DNA of 60,298 nucleotides from a virus (Duplodnaviria; Caudoviricetes): IMG/VR virus record IMGVR_UViG_3300030397_000466, positions 1 to 60,298 of that record; one strand, 5' to 3'. Shown piece by piece: positions 58,390 to 60,298 of this stretch (position 1 is its first letter; each line of letters starts with the position of its first letter). The notes under the pieces were generated by a model. It saw only the letters and a program-made list of their open reading frames with translations, ran no database searches and was not told where the DNA came from. The position numbers and the translations under genes were made by a program.

Positions 58390-59310
58390 TTTATGTTTCT
58401 AGTATACCCCTCAAAACAGAAAAGGTTCCCCACTACTCGGTAAAGCGTTGAGCAGCTGAAAGCCTTTAAAAAAGAAAAGGCTCTATCCCAACTAAGGAAC
58501 AGAACCTTTCCGTAGACTCATTTCAAGATCGCGTGTGATCCGAAGTAGATTTATAGTCTCTCGACTCTGTTACTTAAGGTAACGACTCTTACTGCAAACC
58601 AGAGTTTCCTGACAGCTTAACTTCGTTAAACCATCTATCGCCCTGAACAGGCCAGGGCTTCCCCAAAATCCATGTTTAATCTTTTGCTTCTAAAAAAAAG
58701 AAAAAATATAAGATGCTACAATCTTAAACAAAAAGTCCCATTAGATTTGTCTAGCGACCTTTCCTAAGGTTTGCAGCGAAGTTTAATCTATGGCTAGTTT
58801 TAACTTTTAACTAGTAACGGTTCAAAGAGCAGTTTGATTAGTCGAGTATTGACCCACTCTAAGACAGGCTGGTGGCCTTGATATTGGCTGTTAACTATTA
58901 CCAGCAACCCTTTACTGGAACTCCCTAATGTCCGGATAACTCACGCGACACTGTATTTAGATAAGATATAATATTTGTCAGATATTATAAATAAGTTCTA
59001 ATGAATAGGTCCTATGAGTCTTCGACCGCACAGCCTATTCTGGGAGCGCTTCAATTTTTTATACTAAAATTTTTTTGCAAAGTTCCAAGTTTGATATACA
59101 ACCCCCATACGTGACAAAAAAAATAATAATTTTTTTCGGCTGACGATGCAAAGGGCCCCCCTTTTGAAGTTAGTCACACAGGAATTTTTCGTTATAATGC
59201 AAAATTTTATAATATATAGTGTGCAGAGCTAACCTTACACCACCTACCGGGTTAGCAGAGGGAACGCAGTTCTGCGATTCCCGTTATAATTCGTTTTATG
59301 TTCAAATTAA
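58390..59310. promoter_or_regulatory. Divergent control region between late and early arms
   Basis: About 0.9 kb with no ORF, several hairpins, TATAAT at about 58967, 59193, 59208 and 59285. Confidence 0.55.
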
Positions 59311-59319
59311 GAGGTGATT

Positions 59320-59643
59320 ATGTCTACTATTTTATTGCAGTCCGCAAGCGGTGATAGCTATGAAGCTGAAATCCGCAATAAGTATACCAACACTAGCGAT
59401 GTTGTTAAATCGTTTGGTGGTAAGATGATTCAGCCCGGTCAGTCTGTGTATCAGATTGGTTTGCCTGGTCAGGAAGGCAGTTACACACGTTCTCGCCAGT
59501 GGGTATTGGCCCGCATGGTTGATGTCGGTCAGTTTAAGATTGAGGAAAATCCCGATCTTGCTGAGCTGTATGCTGATCTTGGTAAGCAAGAAGCTACCGA
59601 AGAGCTATCTGAAGCTGAAATTCCTGAGCCTGCCACAGCGTAA
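59320..59643 (+). CDS. First early protein, acidic tail
   Basis: GAGGTG RBS; T-ending codon bias; own terminator. Confidence 0.7.
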   Translation: MSTILLQSASGDSYEAEIRNKYTNTSDVVKSFGGKMIQPGQSVYQIGLPGQEGSYTRSRQWVLARMVDVGQFKIEENPDLAELYADLGKQEATEELSEAEIPEPATA

Positions 59644-59647
59644 TCTA

Positions 59648-59674
59648 GTTGCTCCCTTTCGAGGGAGTAGCTTT
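59648..59674 (+). terminator. UUCG hairpin terminator
   Basis: GCTCCCT-TTCG-AGGGAGT then T-rich tail. Confidence 0.7.
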
Positions 59675-59739
59675 ATACTAATTAATACACGTAGGCTTTA
59701 ATCATATTAACAAAATGTATACATACAAAGGAACATAAA

Positions 59740-60030
59740 ATGAAATTACATACAACACCTTGCTGTGCAATTGCCTTCCTAAGCGGATTAAGCAATAAAA
59801 CAACTAATCAGGAACTACAACTCATTATAAATGAAAAAAGAAAAGAAAGAAAAACTCCAATGACACCAGATGAAATTGGTGGACAAACAGCGATAATAGC
59901 AACAACAGGACCCCATGAAGTCGAATTGGCTAAAAGACTAGCCTTCAATGGGTTTATCTTAATCTCAAACACACCAAGAAGAACAGGATATCCAGAAGGG
60001 ACAATATATATCTGGAAACTGCCCATTTAA
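59740..60030 (+). CDS. Hypothetical protein
   Basis: AAGGA RBS. Confidence 0.6.
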   Translation: MKLHTTPCCAIAFLSGLSNKTTNQELQLIINEKRKERKTPMTPDEIGGQTAIIATTGPHEVELAKRLAFNGFILISNTPRRTGYPEGTIYIWKLPI

Positions 60031-60052
60031 TCAATCAAAAAGGTAAAACATT

Positions 60053-60292
60053 TTGGCATACATAGGACACATAATTCAAGCACTTCATCTCCCATTTATT
60101 ATTCTAACACCAGCAATACTAATCTGGCGAGGAAATATAATAATTGCCTATTTATTTCTAGCAACAATACCAATATCAAATCTAATATTCAATGGATGTA
60201 TTATAACAATAACAGCTAACTGGTTCTTTAGAAAGGGAAATCATCAAGAATTTAGCTCAATAAATCATTGGATACAATATATACTTAATTAA
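60053..60292 (+). CDS. Membrane protein
   Basis: Hydrophobic; H..F...C..T pattern. Confidence 0.5.
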   Translation: MAYIGHIIQALHLPFIILTPAILIWRGNIIIAYLFLATIPISNLIFNGCIITITANWFFRKGNHQEFSSINHWIQYILN

Positions 60293-60298
60293 ACCAAC

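Noticed and set aside
1-60298. Genome-wide genetic code 4 or 25
   Set aside because: Long late genes contain no in-frame TGA, and early genes at 2994 and 3332 end in ordinary ATGA overlaps; sense TGA is confined to one module.
1-60298. DGR, retron, integrase or IS element
   Set aside because: No reverse transcriptase, recombinase or transposase motifs, and no TR/VR pair noticed by eye.

Overview
Large fragment (probably most) of a lytic podovirus-like dsDNA phage genome. It opens with a SISPA primer, so the left end is artificial. The A-rich plus arm (59.3 kb to the end, then 0.1-21.7 kb) carries small early genes, tRNA-Arg(UCU), tRNA-like RNAs and other structured RNAs. It also carries a phiEco32-like peptide-ligase cassette and a recombination/replication module. 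The minus arm (58.4-21.7 kb) carries an intein-containing terminase, portal, scaffold, capsid, tail and ejection proteins, including a DxDGD-type virion RNA polymerase. Main finding: the replication module appears to be gated by UGA/RF2 recoding. The Rad52/Sak-like gene has a prfB-type +1 frameshift cassette (GGAGG-TGT-CTT-TGA), and five in-frame TGA codons interrupt that gene, the gene upstream of dnaB, and dnaB itself. Four of the five sit where the protein families favour an aromatic residue, and none of 37 late genes ends in TGA. Other notable items: a textbook -1 frameshift gene, a nonulosonic (sialic) acid synthase/CMP-transferase/phosphatase/transferase set interleaved with head genes, and a Phe-initiated class 3 intein. 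All calls come from motif reading only; no searches were run.
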